From Vitrella brassicaformis CCMP3155 (lineage: Eukaryota > Protista > Chromerida), in assembly GCA_001179505.1 (NCBI GenBank), contig CDMY01000428.1, forward strand, positions 1 through 64,000: 64,000 nucleotides of DNA, written 5' to 3'. This document shows, in pieces, positions 22,742-35,355 of the stretch; position 1 is the first letter of the stretch; each line of letters starts with the position of its first letter. A program made the translations under genes and the position numbers. The notes under the pieces are model-generated. The model worked only from the letters and a program-made list of their open reading frames with translations. It ran no database searches and was not told the origin of the DNA.

Positions 22742-25700
22742 TTATCCATCCATCCATCGGGCCCCATCAGCCATCATCCCATTGGTCTGCGGGGCCCTGG
22801 CGGCCTCGTCGCCCATTTGTGGGAGAGGAGGGTGGTGGGGTGGGGGTGCGGCTGCTGCTGCGGCCGCCATGGGCGGTGACGGCAATGTGGCTGTGTGCTG
22901 TGGATCCGTGGGGGATGCCAGGGAGGGGGGAGGGTGAGGCGGCGGGGGGAAGGGCAAGTGCTGAATGAATGACACACACACAATCACGATCACATCACGG
23001 ACACCGAGAGGGAGGTGCGTCGGTTTGCCGTGTGTCTTGGCTGTCTGTCTGTCTGTCTGTCTGCCGTGCGTACCTACCTCGAAAGTGCATGCAGGTCCGC
23101 CACATGCGTCGCATCGTTTGATGGAGATGCAGAGGTTGGCGCACCGCGAGCAGAACAGGTGGTGACACGGGGTGATGAACACCGTGTACTGCATGCACCA
23201 ATGACCAGACAGACAGACGGATAGATAAGGAGAGAGTGTGGCGTGGTCTATCTGTGGAAGGAAGCATGTTCTGCAGTCAGTGTGTTGTGTCATATCTTGT
23301 GTCGGCGTCTGTTCTGGGTGTTTGCCCACTCACACACCTCGTTTCTGCATCGGACCTTGCCGTCGGCTGTGCTGATCATGCCGCTGCATTGCAGTCTGAC
23401 CAATGAGGTGCACAGGACAGAGAGAGAGAGAGATGGGACACCTCTTGAGTGTGTGTGTGTGTGTTGGTCGCTCATTCACTCACTTAGCCCTTAGGCGTTC
23501 TAGCTCCGCCCTCAGTCCTCTGTGCTGCTTGAGTTCTCTGACGATCTTGAGACTCGACTGTGTACAGTCGTCCATACGCTCCTCAAGGAAAGCGCGAAAC
23601 TCCTGTCCGATGCATTATTTCAAACATGTACAGCCGCACATACCCAAATCCATATGCATGCAATGCAATGAGTGGAGTGGCTTCATGTCCTATCTATCCG
23701 GCTCACATTGAGAGATCTCTCAACCACCCCTTCGTCAGTCCTCGCCCGTTTGGCCGCCCTCCCCGTGTTGGCACCGTCCGCACCGGCTTCCCTCGCCGCC
23801 GGTCCATCCGCGTCTTGCTGGTGCGGCTCTCGCTCTCGCTTTATAGCCACTAATGCAGCCACGTGGGCAGCACCCACACCACCACAAGCAGCACCACAAG
23901 CAGCAGCAGCAGCAGCAGCAGCACCAGCACCAGCAGCAGGAGGACGAGCAGGCGCCTTGGCAGCAGCTGCAACGCAACAAGTGTCCACGTACGCACAAAT
24001 GAGCAGGGACGAAAGGCACACGTATGGATGAGATGAACGTGTGTGTGTATCGTGCCTGGTGGTGCTGCTTTGGGTTTGGCCGTTGCCTTTGGGGGTGGGA
24101 GCGGCGCTTTGGCCTTGGGGCTGGTCGGTCTGGGCGCCGCGGCAGCACGAGCGGCTGAACGAACGAGTCGTCACACCAACAGGCAGCGATGAAAGAGAAC
24201 AATCGCACACAACATCCATCCATCCATCTATCAGCCTTCTCTTTTTCTCACGTGTGGCAGTGGTGAGTGGCTGCAGGCCTGGTGCACGGCCCAGTGGCTG
24301 TGCCCTGAGCTCCAAGAGTGCGTTGAGGACCAAGGCCGGCATTGGCGACAAGCCGTGATGCGGATGACTCAGAAAGGGACGCTGGAAGGTCACAAACAGA
24401 CCGGTGCTCGTCGACTGACACGGACAAGCAACCACAACGATGGATGGACGGCCAACGTGGGGGTGTTTGACCACCGGGGTACCTTCTTGCTGAAGAGTGC
24501 CTTTGCCGGCAGGACGTCAAAGACAAAGGGGAAGAGGTGGAGGAAGTGCAGCAGTGACGCCAGCATGTCCCTCCCGCCTTCCCTGTCCGAGCCAGCCTCA
24601 CCCTCATCCCACCCCGCCCCCAGCGCCTCCACGCCGACACACGGCACCAGCACCGGCTGCAGCTGCTCGTCATACAGCACACACCGCTCCACAGCACCGC
24701 TACCCTCCCTCAGACACGCGCACAGCCCCTCCACCACCTTGATGCGCCGCTGGTTGCACAGCTGCACATACGCCGAAGTGTCCCCATCGCTGGTCGACAA
24801 ACGCACGCCGCCCCCCCCAGCCATGCGAGCTGCATTCGCCGCATCCACGACATTCGGCAGCTGACGCACACGCGCGGCGAAGTCGGCCGGGGCCATGTCG
24901 GAGCAGCCGCACAGCTGCTTGAGCGTGCTGAAGGATATGTCGCCTTTCGGCCATGCGCGCAGCACGTGGATGATCTTGGCGTTCAGAAGCTCTTTCAGCT
25001 GCACTCGGTCCAGGTGGGGGAAGAGCGCCTTGAGAGGGACGGAGGAAGGGCTGAGAGAGGGGTCTGCGGGCGGCTGGTCGCTCACGCGCAGGGATATGGG
25101 GGAGTAGGGGTGGGGGAAGGGCATCGACGGCCTGCCTGCCGTGCCGTCAAACATGTCGTGGCAGTATCGCGTGACGAAAACCGAAGCAATCGGCAGCCGG
25201 TGTTCCTCCCTCTTGACAACGCTCAGCCGCTTCCACACGGACACCACATCGACGGCTGTCCGCCGCTCGTACTCCTGCCTCCGGGCCAGCGCACTCTTGA
25301 GTTCTTTCCTGACGGCCTCTATCACCAGGTAGTCATCCAGGTGGTGCTCCCGCGCCGTCTTGTGCTCCGATTGGGGCGAGGGCGGGAGCGGCGGGTAGTA
25401 TGATTTGTTTGGGCGCAGGCCACCGAACAGCCCGAGGGCGACTCCCCTGTTGCTGTCGGTGTTGGGTGGCGGTGAAGGTGTCCCGCCGTTGATGGTGGGG
25501 GATGGCGTACGGGGCGGACCGAGGGGGGACTTGCGCCTGCAAAAGGCAAACAGGGATCAGATCACCCACACACCCAGCTCACGAGTGTTGTCCGCCGCTT
25601 TCTGCTCACAATTCGTCGAGTGTGGGCGGCTGCCACTCGTCCACGTGTTGGCAGGCGGCCGTCCACAAGGAAAATGCCAACACGTGGTGCCGGCTGTCCT

Positions 25701-26668
25701 TCCCAAGAAGCGTCACAGACACGCCCCCCTGCTGGGCACTGGCAACCTCCTGCAGCGGCTGCGTCATGGCGCCGTCGAGACTGTCGAGATGGTACACGGC
25801 CCGCTGCCTCACAAGGCGCTCCGGGATGGTCGGGTCTTCACAGCCGATGGCGGCTACGGTGCTGTCTGCGGGGGCGTGGATGTACAGAGTGGGCGAATTG
25901 GGGGGCAGCGGCAGCGACTCCATCATCGCCCGACGGATGAGATCCGCTGTCCTGAGAGAAGAGCAGGCCGTGAGGACAACACACAAGAGAGAAGGCCGCT
26001 CGCGTGCCTGGTTCGTTGGTCAGGTAGTGGCAGGCACCAGCTACCATTTTCTTGGTTTGGTGACAATGACGAATGTCGGCTGGCTGGAGTCGCGCTGCCC
26101 CTGCTGACGGGTGATTAGCTCCTCTGCCTCAAAGTCTCTCCAAGACCCCGGCAGCCTGCAGGGCAGCATCGATCACAAGACAACATCACCATGGCCTTCG
26201 TTCGTTCGTTCGTTCGTTCGTTTGTTCGTGCCCTCATTGCATATCATTACTGTTGCGGCAGATTATCGCCCCGGTCAGCGGCTGGCTGAGCGTCGACGTC
26301 CTCCACATCGACAAACGTGATGCCGCCGTCATCCTCAGTCACCGTAAGATTGGCCTCTGCGCACCATACGAAGAGGAGAGCAACGCTCATAAGCGCCATG
26401 AGTCTGTCGTACCGAGCAGCATCCTGTGCTTTGAGAAGGCGTCGTAGCAGCCCATGAAAACGTCCACCTCGTCGCAACCGGCCACGGCCTTTGCGTGGAT
26501 GGAAGCGAAGACGGGCGGCCGCTTGCTGGGGCGTGCCTTGGTAATGTCCAGAAAGGACTGCTGCAGACGCTGCAGCAGAACACTCATGGACCTGATACGT
26601 CCCAGAGAGGGGGTGTCCAACAGTTGTGTGGATGCATCTTTCTCTCTGGTGGCGGCTTGGCTTACCAT
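22742..26668 (-). CDS. Hypothetical multi-exon protein with short coiled coil and a C-terminal RING-like zinc finger (5' end uncertain)
   Basis: Long coding exons (24390-25325, 25606-25986), Ala-rich linker, EFRAFLEERMDD...LERLRAK, then C..(11)..C...VFITPCHHLFCSRC...RCDAC and a Pro-rich tail. It could be two genes. Confidence 0.55.
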
Positions 26669-27066
26669 CCCGGTGGAACGTCTTTGAGCCTCACAACGAG
26701 AAAATGCCGCGTGGTTGGGTCAGTCACGCTCTCAACTGACTGGTTCTCCGGCCACCTGAGGTCAACGAGAGCTTTCTTGGCTGAAGGAAGGAAGCAGACA
26801 AACACATACACATACACATACGTAGACCGTGTAGGTGCTGCTATGACTCGCTGGTCTGCATTTCTTCACTCACCCGCGTCAGCCAGCCCGGCGGATCTGG
26901 CTGGATAAGGTGCCAGATCCATGACGCTATCACGGCTTTAAGGGAATGCGCTCCTCCCTCCTCTCTTCGCGGGCCTCTTTCGACTCTCTTTCTCCTAGGA
27001 CATTTTGTGAAACTGCTCGCTCTGAGCTCGCAAGTGTTGGGCCCGGACTGCAAAGCGAACAGAGGC

Positions 27067-28975
27067 ATGCTGAAGCACCCGATCGTGACACGCGCCGTAC
27101 AGCCGGTAAGTGAGCACTCACTGCGGACCAACGGACGCATCAATGCGTTTGTGTTGTGTGAGAGCACAGTTGATGGACGTATTGATGGACGCTCGAGATG
27201 CCAAGGGAGCAGAGCCCACCATCGAATGCTTCGGCTACGCCTCCAAGATCTTCCGTGACGACGATGCTGCACTCGACATCGAGGGACGCCTCATCTCGAT
27301 AGACCAGGCCGATGACCCTGTCACTGTTGACAGGTACGCAGAAGCACCCGGTCCACATGACAAATATTGTTTGTGTGCAGGTATGACGTCCGTCTGTTGG
27401 TTGATGACCGGTCGGTGTTTGAGCGTCCTGCAATGACGGAGGCTGAGGAGCGTACTGCGCTGATGCGGCAGCTTAACCCCGACGAAACACTCCACGACAT
27501 CGACCACGAACGATACAAGGCAAGCAAGGACGGAACAGACCAGGCCAGGCACGGAAAGGCATCCACTCACCTTGATTTATGAATGGTCCGGTCCATCTTT
27601 ATCTGCTCATCCTTTCTGCAGGATCTTCCTGACAGTGACGCCCTCATACCGAGCCCACCATTGGGGGCGTCGTCGTCGGCACAGGACTTCAGCGCAGTGC
27701 CTTTGGACTACGGTCAGACAACGACAGACAAGGACACCAGTGGTGATGCTGCCATGATGGACCACACGGAAGGCGAGGCACAGGCGTCGGGCGGAGGATT
27801 CTGTCCTCCATTTGCTGTCGATGGGGGTGTGCGTGTGATGCCTGCGACCAAGAAGGAGCACCTGATCATTGAGCACACTGCACACTTCGTCAGGAAGGTG
27901 GGCGCCCACAGGCCGATGAGCGATTGTGTTTTGATTGGCCTGATTGGTGTTGTGGGCCCGCATGGTGTCTGTCAGGAGGGCGATCGGATGGAGTTCCAGC
28001 TCAAGCTGAGGCCAGACATCGCCGCGAAGCTGCCATTCCTCGACGTGGTAAGAACGCGTTGTGTGTTTGTTTTGCCCGTCCCACGTCATCTCATTCGTGT
28101 GTGCGTGTGTTTCCACTCCAATAATATCAGGAGCACCCTCTGCACCCCTACTACGTCTGTCTGAAGCAATCGGGCCAGTCGATGGCCGTGAGCCACACCC
28201 ACATGCTCCCACCCAAGTGGCGCGACCACATCAAGGGCCACCCTTACTACACACTGCCAGCCACTGTCAAGAAAGACCAGCCGGCATCGATACAGCCTTC
28301 TGCTGCTGCTGGTGCTGCGAAGGGTGGCAAGAGCGCTGCTGCCATCAGCCTGGGTGGGCTGTTGTCAGAGTACGGTGACTCGGACAGCGATGAGGCAGAC
28401 AAGAGAGAACGAGGAGGGGGAGACGTTACGGGGGCTGCAGGGCTCGCGGCACTGCAGGACGAGAGAAGGTGACTTAGTCTGACTGCACCTGTCTGGCTAT
28501 CCACGTGCATATACCCCTGTGTGTGTGCAGGCGCCGTGCCCGAGAGCTCCTGGCAACAAAGGGTCAACAACCTGCCCCCCAGGCCCCGCCGACCTCTTCC
28601 CGCCGCAGGCGCTTCGATGTCCCCCCCTCCTTGTCACCGCCCCCTGCCCAGCATAACGCATTATCATCGGGCAGCAGTGGCGGCGGTGACGACCTCTATA
28701 TGGCGGGGAGTGGTGACAGAGACAGACATGAGTCGAAGCGGAAGCGACGCAAAAGGGAGAGGAAGGAGCGCGAGATGGCCATGAGGGCCCCCCACCCGAT
28801 GCCAGTCGAGGGCGACAGGTATGGCGATGGGGAAGAGGACCGTCAGCCGAGGCAGAAGAGGTCTTTGTCGAGGTCTGTGTCACCCGAGAGGGACAGATCG
28901 TCGCATGTGGGAGGGGTGAAGAAGCCGAAGAGACACAAGCGGGCAGGCAGGCGGAGGAGGTCGCACAATGACTGA
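27067..28975 (+). CDS. SFSWAP: Suppressor-of-white-apricot-like splicing factor (DRY_EERY N-terminal domain, SURP domain, Arg/Ser-rich basic tail)
   Basis: ECFGYASKIFRDDDAA...VTVDRYDVRLL (SWAP N-terminal motif); HLIIEHTAHFVRKEGDRMEFQLK...LPFLDVSHPLHPYY (SURP); C-terminal RSLSRSVSPERDRSS and KRKRRK tracts. Confidence 0.85.
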
Positions 28976-29378
28976 TATATATGAGGCAGAGATGGGGAAG
29001 TGGGAGTGTGGGTCATCGTGCACTTGTGGGTTCACTAATTTCTGGGGCCACGTGTCATGTATTTCATTGAGGTCTGACGATCTGCCCCATGCACACACTG
29101 CTGTCGACCGACCCCGACAGACAGACAGACTTGAAACAAAAAGAGCCAGACGAAAATTCACTTGTGAGTGACACGTCAGTTAAACTACTTGCCTCGATTC
29201 CACGAGACAGACAGACATACAGAGCACAGCTGGCCTTGAACAAACAAAAAACTGCGCACTTTCACTCACATGACTGACACGACTGACACATCAACGCGTT
29301 GCATCCTCCATGGCCCATGGGGGGGCCGACCCAAAAATAAGGTGGGGCCAGTGCTGTGCCATCTATCTCTTGGCTGGG

Positions 29379-31910
29379 CTAGATGTCCTTCTTGCCCTCT
29401 GCACGCGGCGTGAGCCAAACACGAAGACCCTTCGGCCGCAGGATGCCTCCGGTGCCTGCACACCACACAGCATCCCCACCAACGAATGCGTCCTGTTTAA
29501 ATGTCATTTCGCTGCGTGTTGGCAGGTGCGTACCCATCCGCACTTTCGACGGGTCGTTGGTCGAGATGTCAAACCGGCGCAGCAGCATGGCCAGCGCCAC
29601 CACGGCCTCCTGCTGTGCAAACCTCTGCACCACACCCACGACACACACAGGCAGACACACACGCAGTGGCCAGTGCGGGCCCCATCCCTCTGTGCTGTGT
29701 GTGTGTGTCTCCTGACTGACCTGCCCAATACAGTTGCGAGGCCCATGAGAGAAAGGAACGTAGGCAAAAGGATGTCGCTTGCCCTCGCCACCGCTGCTAT
29801 CCACAGTGAATCGCTGGGGGTCGAACTTGGCGGGCTCGGGCCAGATGGCCGGATTGTTGTGTGTGGCCAGCATGAGAGGCGTCACCACAGTGCCCTTCGG
29901 AATGAGCACTCCATCAATCTCGACATCTCTGTAGGTGGACGATAAGCAAAATGGAAAGTGAGTGGTGTGTTGCTCGTCCGTCCATGTCTTTGTGTGTGAG
30001 TGTTTTCTGCGATCGGTGTGTACTTGAGGGTTATACGGTTGATTTGCGACGCAGCAGGCCGGATGCGGAGGGTCTCCTTGATGACCTGATGCGTGTACGC
30101 CAGGTGCTTGTACGTCTCGGGCGTCGGGTCGGCCTCCTGAATTACAAACACACAACACACCAACACACACAACCCAGCAGATGACGTCAATGGATGGATG
30201 GATGGATGATGGTCACATCGTCTTTGTTGCTGTGCTGTGTGTTGCTTACGCCGAGCACTTGCTGGACTTCCTTGCGGACCTCATGCTGTATCCAGTGGTA
30301 CTGCGGCTGCCCGATGAAGAAGATGGACCAGGAGAGGAGGTTGGACGTGGTCTCGTGGCCCGCTATCAAAAAGGTGAGAGCCTCGTCCACGATCTGCTCG
30401 TCCTCGATGCCCTCGCCGGTCGTCTCATCCACGGCCTGACATTCCACATCGCCATATCCAAAAGGTTCATCATCTGTTCATTCCCTGACCTTGACCATAG
30501 CGGTGATGACGTCACATCTGTCCGTCGTGATCAGCTCGCCGTGCGCCAGCTGGGCCCTTCTGAGGCGGATGAGCGCACGGATCTCCTTGCGCAACGCTTC
30601 CATGGTGCCAAGCAGACGGCGAGTGGGCGGCAGAGGCAGATAGTCCATGGCCTGCAGGCAGCCAGAAACACCTGGCGACCTTCCTTCCCTCCGTTCCCAT
30701 TCAATCCATGCAGGCCTTACCGATCCGATGAGCAGTTTGCCGATGTTGTACGAGGCGTTCTTTCCAATGACTGACGACCATTTCTCGTGGAACCAGTCGC
30801 CATCAATGCCCTTGGAGAAGAGGGCCTCTATCACCACCATGAGCGCCATCCTGCCGAACAGGTTGGCGGGGTTGTATGAGCCGTCACGGGGATCAAAAGT
30901 CACATCTGGATCCATCCATCCATCCATCCACCCGTCACACGTAGGTCCATCTGTGCGTGCAGCTGACCGTCCGGCAGTTTATCGGCTTTCTTCGTCGTCG
31001 CGGCGTTGGCAGCACGGTTCTGGTCAATGAGTGAGATGGTCTCGTGCACCTGGTGGACTGTGGCGGGCAGTGCCACGTCCTTCAGGTTCTGGAAGTGGAA
31101 CATTGGATTGAGCAGCTTCCTCTCCCGCCGCCACAAATCACCTGCCGTGCAATCAATCGGTCACGTGGATGTGTGTGATTCTGTGTGGGTGTCGTGTCGA
31201 TCGCTTACTCACCCTCAGACGTGACGAGCCCCTTGCCGATGATTTTATCCACCATTCGCGAGAAGGAGGGCGGCTTGCCGAACTCGATGCCGTCCCGAGT
31301 CATGACGACCTTGATCGCCTCAGGTGACAGCAAGAGGACCTGGTGGCTGACAGACAGACACGAAGCGACAGACAGACAACACGGCCGATGAAAGAGTTGG
31401 CATACGTGTACGTGTGTGTATGGATCTCTCTCTCTCTCTCTCCCCCTGTCTGTGTGTGTGTGTGGCTCACTCTCCAGTGAGGGATATGCCATTGTAGAGC
31501 ATCTTGGGGTGCCCATCTTTGCACGCCTCCTGCACGTTCCGCCACATCCTAGCGAAACAACCGCACACGCAGCACCCGTCATCCGCATGCTCCCGTGTGA
31601 TGCCAGTGCTCGCGACTTACACTTCCATCCCGCGTCCCGGCCACAGCATGTCCATCCTGTTGATCCCATAGAACGTCCTCATTCTCGCCTCGATGTGGTC
31701 GTATCTCCATCTCTTGCGCATCGCGCGGGCGAAGCGGATGGCGATGGAGGCCGTGAAGAAGATGACATAGCATAGAACGGTCCACAGCAGCAGCTTGATG
31801 GATGTCGTGATGAGCCATGAGAGCAGGGAGGTGGAGTAGCCGTGTTGGGACGGCTCGTCCAGGACGCGGAAGGGCACGAAGGGCCACACGTCGCTGAGAA
31901 GGACTGCCAT
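29379..31910 (-). CDS. Cytochrome P450, multi-exon
   Basis: N-terminal TM helix LLLWTVLCYVIFFTASIAI; GKGLVTSEG..WRRERKLLNPMFHF; DEALTFLIAGHETT (I helix); IKETLR (ExxR); AIWPEPAKFDPQRF (PERF); AYVPFSHGPRNCIGQRFAQQEA (heme Cys). Confidence 0.97.
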
Positions 31911-32232
31911 CTTGATGTGATTGGTGGGATGCAAGCCCTCTAGGACCACACCTGGGAGAGATAGGGGGAGAGATCACAGACACCAGGGAGAGAAGGGCGC
32001 CCCGACGACCTCACTTCGGCACTAGGAAGCTGAAAGACTTGGCCAAGTCGCGCGATCAGTTGCCGTTGAATCGACCGTTGATGTGTGTTTCTCTTGTCAG
32101 TCCATCCATCCCCGCGTACGCAATGGTCTATCTACGAAGGTATGTAGGTCGTGCGCTACGCTATGGATCATGACATCGTATGTATCGTATCGTATCGTGT
32201 CGTGTTGGTTGGTTGGTGTATTCATTTGATCA

Positions 32233-33528
32233 TCATTTGGGTTTGCGGAGCGGCGCGTGTCGTTTGTCGCGTATGGCGTTGACCTTCTGCTTCATCTGCT
32301 CGCGCTGCTTGATGAGCTCGAGGTACTTGTGCTCCATCTCCAACTCCATACGCCACTGCGCCTCCTCTTCGCGCATCATCTACACACACACACACACAAT
32401 TGCTACCGACGGTCTCTCCCCTTCTGTGTGTGCGCCATCACATCTACCTTTTCGCGCATGGCCTCGAACCTCTTGTTCTCGCGCTGCTCGTCCCAGTGCT
32501 GCTTGTGGCGCTGCATCCATCCATCCAGCACATATATATGTCAGTCACGTGAGAGACGAAGGGAGGATATGTGATATGTGTGATGGAGTGAGTGGCTGGC
32601 TGGCTGGCTGGCATACCTACCTCTATGATGTCCTTGCGAGTCTGGATGTACTGTTTGCCCAGTTCGTCTTGCCAGAGGGCGAACTGCTTGTCGAAGGCGT
32701 ACATCTCGCTCCACACCTTCTTCAGGTTCTCCGAGTGCAGCTGCTTGGCCCAACGCAAAAACTCCTACACACACACACACACACAGCAATACAGAAACAC
32801 AGGCGTCCATCTGGCCATTGGTGTCCGTCCGCGTGTGGGCCACATCATTGGTGTGCGTATGTGTGTGCTAACTGACCACATATTCCTTCCGTTCGTCCAG
32901 TTCGCGTTTCTGGCGCTCCCTGAAGGACTCCTTCACAAACTTAGTCATCTCCGTCCGCTCCTTCACACGCCACTGACGATGGAGGGAACAGACAGACACG
33001 CACACACACACACACACACACAGAGGCAGAGAGAGAGAGAGAGAGAGAGTGGATGGGGTCGCGGCACGTTATGGCATGGATGTGTGCATGTTGGTGGCCG
33101 TCTCTGCCTTACGTTCATGATTTCGCGGTCTCGTTCGACCTCCTCCTCCTGCTTCGCCCTCTTCTCCTCACGATCCATCTCCCACCTACAGAGGGGAGGG
33201 AGGGAAGGGGAGGGAGGGAGGGAGGGAGGGAGAGACGTCAGTGCATCTATCATAGGGTGCTGTGTGTGAGTGGTTGCGCTGACTTCATGGCGGACTCCTG
33301 CGCACGCAACTCACGGATCTCCTTCTTGGTCTCATCCAACTTCTGACGCCACTCCTGCAATACACAGCCAACGCACCCGGCCAACACATTCTTGCTGCCC
33401 CTTCTGCTGCCGTCATCACGCACACTGGCGGACCTCCAGTGTCTGTGCGTTGGCCTGTCCCTCCCGGCCGCTCTGCTTGTGCTCCCCCCAGCGCCAGGGC
33501 TGCGTGCTGACGCCACGGGTGCCGATCA
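32233..33528 (-). CDS. Hypothetical charged coiled-coil protein (start uncertain)
   Basis: In-frame exons: EWRQKLDETKKEIRELRAQESAMK / WEMDREEKRAKQEEEVERDREIMN / EMTKFVKESFRERQKRELDERKE / WAKQLHSENLKKVWSEMYAFDKQFALWQDELGKQY / HKYLELIKQREQMKQKVNAIRDKRHAPLRKPK*. Confidence 0.7.
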
Positions 33529-33789
33529 TGGCACGCAGGCGGGCCGACGTAATGGGCTGGGAAGGCCGGGCGTGCAGCGACGACAGCCGACCCTCGTCCA
33601 CACGAAACCGGCCCGTGCCACCCGCCGGCGGGTTGTTCTCCGACTCAGCAGCACGGACACGGGCAGCACCCACGGAAGCACGGCCACGATGGCCGCTGAA
33701 GGAGGCAAAAGAGAAGACGTGTGTCGACGTGTTGTGATAGGGTTTAGGGCTTGGCGTCTCTCTGTGTGTACCGCTCAGTGGTGCGGGCG

Positions 33790-34855
33790 CCAGTGCCCGT
33801 GGAGGGCCGCTTCGTCACTTCGTCAGTTGGGGGCAGCTGGGTGATCGCCTGGCGACTCTGAATGCAGAGAGGGATGATGGGGAGGACACCAACCACAGCA
33901 TCACACACACACATGTACTTTAGTCAGTCAGGTATTCACTCACCCCGAAGTATGCGTGTCCGGCAGCGAGGAACGTGTGCAGACTGTGTGCGGCGGTGTC
34001 CTCGGGGAAGACATCGCGGCTATGGCCCCCCAGGTAGGTATCTACGGCCGACCATGCACTCTCGGGGATGCTGCGGCCATGACACCAGGCAAGGAAAGAG
34101 TGGCTTTCGTGTGCGTCTGGGAAGCTGTGCAGGATGTCCCCTCTTCCCTCCCACTGACCGTCGCGAGTCGATGTTGTCGGCTAGTGTGCGCATGGTCACT
34201 ACGAGGCGGGTAGCGATATCCCCCCCGCCCTCCTGCAGAGCGGCACCCAACTCACCATATGACGACGCCTGACACACCACACACGCGTTCGTGAGGTGCA
34301 GCTGGATGTGTGTGTGTCGGTCTGTGCGTACGTCGAGCCGTTCGATGAGGGAGTCTGTGGAGTAGGCCTGCAGCAGCCGCACCGTCGCCAACACGCACGC
34401 CTGCTCGTGCTCGTCCGATGCGTCGCCAAACAAATTCTGAGGCATACATTACACACATCCACAAGATATCAAAAGAGAACGGATGGCTGGCTGGCTGATG
34501 CACTTCACCCACTCTTCCAGATGTGTGTCGTGTGCGCCCCCACCCACCTGCAGCCGCAGCACGGTACAGTTCTCCACTGCCTGGCTCAGCGCCTCCGCAT
34601 TCGACGCATGAGCAGCACGGAGCGAACCTGAATGAATGGATGGATGGCAAAAATGGGCGATGGAATCGCATGGGTCGTCTCCTTCTCTCTCTCAGGCCTT
34701 GCCTGTATCCTGCTGTCCATTCTGTGCACGCCTATCGCGATGGTCCGAGGGAGCCGCGGACTGAGGACGAACCGCCGCAGCTGAAGGATGGGGGAAGAAA
34801 ACAGTGGATGGAGGCAGAGGATGCTCCCTTTTCCGTGTTGCTCACTTGTGGCCAT
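33790..34855 (-). CDS. Hypothetical helical protein (3' end uncertain; could be continuous with the downstream gene)
   Basis: Phase-consistent exons from ATG 34855: MATTAAVRPQSAAPS... / SLRAAHASNAEALSQAVENCTVLRLQ / NLFGDASDEHEQACVLATVRLLQAYSTDSLIERLD / ASSYGELGAALQEGGGDIATRLVVTMRTLADNIDSR. Confidence 0.5.
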
Positions 34856-35355
34856 TATGTGGACTGCTCAGTGGATGGATGGGGTCAGAGGGCTTTTTCC
34901 TTCCCAACTGCGACAACGCGACGCCGCCAAGTTCATATGCGTCTGCAGCCCTGCCGAGATCAAGATGTATTTCCTTACTCGAAGTGGAGAAGGACCAACA
35001 AAACCTCTCAATCCCAGCGGACCTCCGACAAAATCCGCCAAAGGGCCGCCTGCGACGCCCCTGCCAGCTACTTCGCCAGCTACAGGACCAACTCCCAGTT
35101 GGAGTCCCTCCTGCAGTACACGTGAAGTTCAATAAACCATGGCAAATGAATCGATGGCCGAATGTGCCATATGTATCGGGGAGCCTACCTTCCTTGGCTC
35201 TCCGCGAGACGATCACGTGGGGGCGCCGTTTCCAATTTTGGCCGTTTCCTTGGGGGCGAGTCTCGGCAGTCTCCCCTTTCCCCTCCCCTCCCCTCTTCTC
35301 CTCCCTCTTCTTTTCCCGTCTGCGTGTGTGCCCTCCCCCCGTGTGTGAAGGAGCC

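Noticed and set aside
23870-23945. CAG/GCA triplet run read as a poly-Gln gene on the plus strand
   Set aside because: It fits better as a poly-Ala linker in the minus-strand RING-containing gene, whose exons flank it.
34523-35125. 200-aa and 319-aa plus-strand ORFs upstream of the GAF gene
   Set aside because: They overlap a phase-consistent minus-strand gene and promoter sequence, and show no recognisable motifs.
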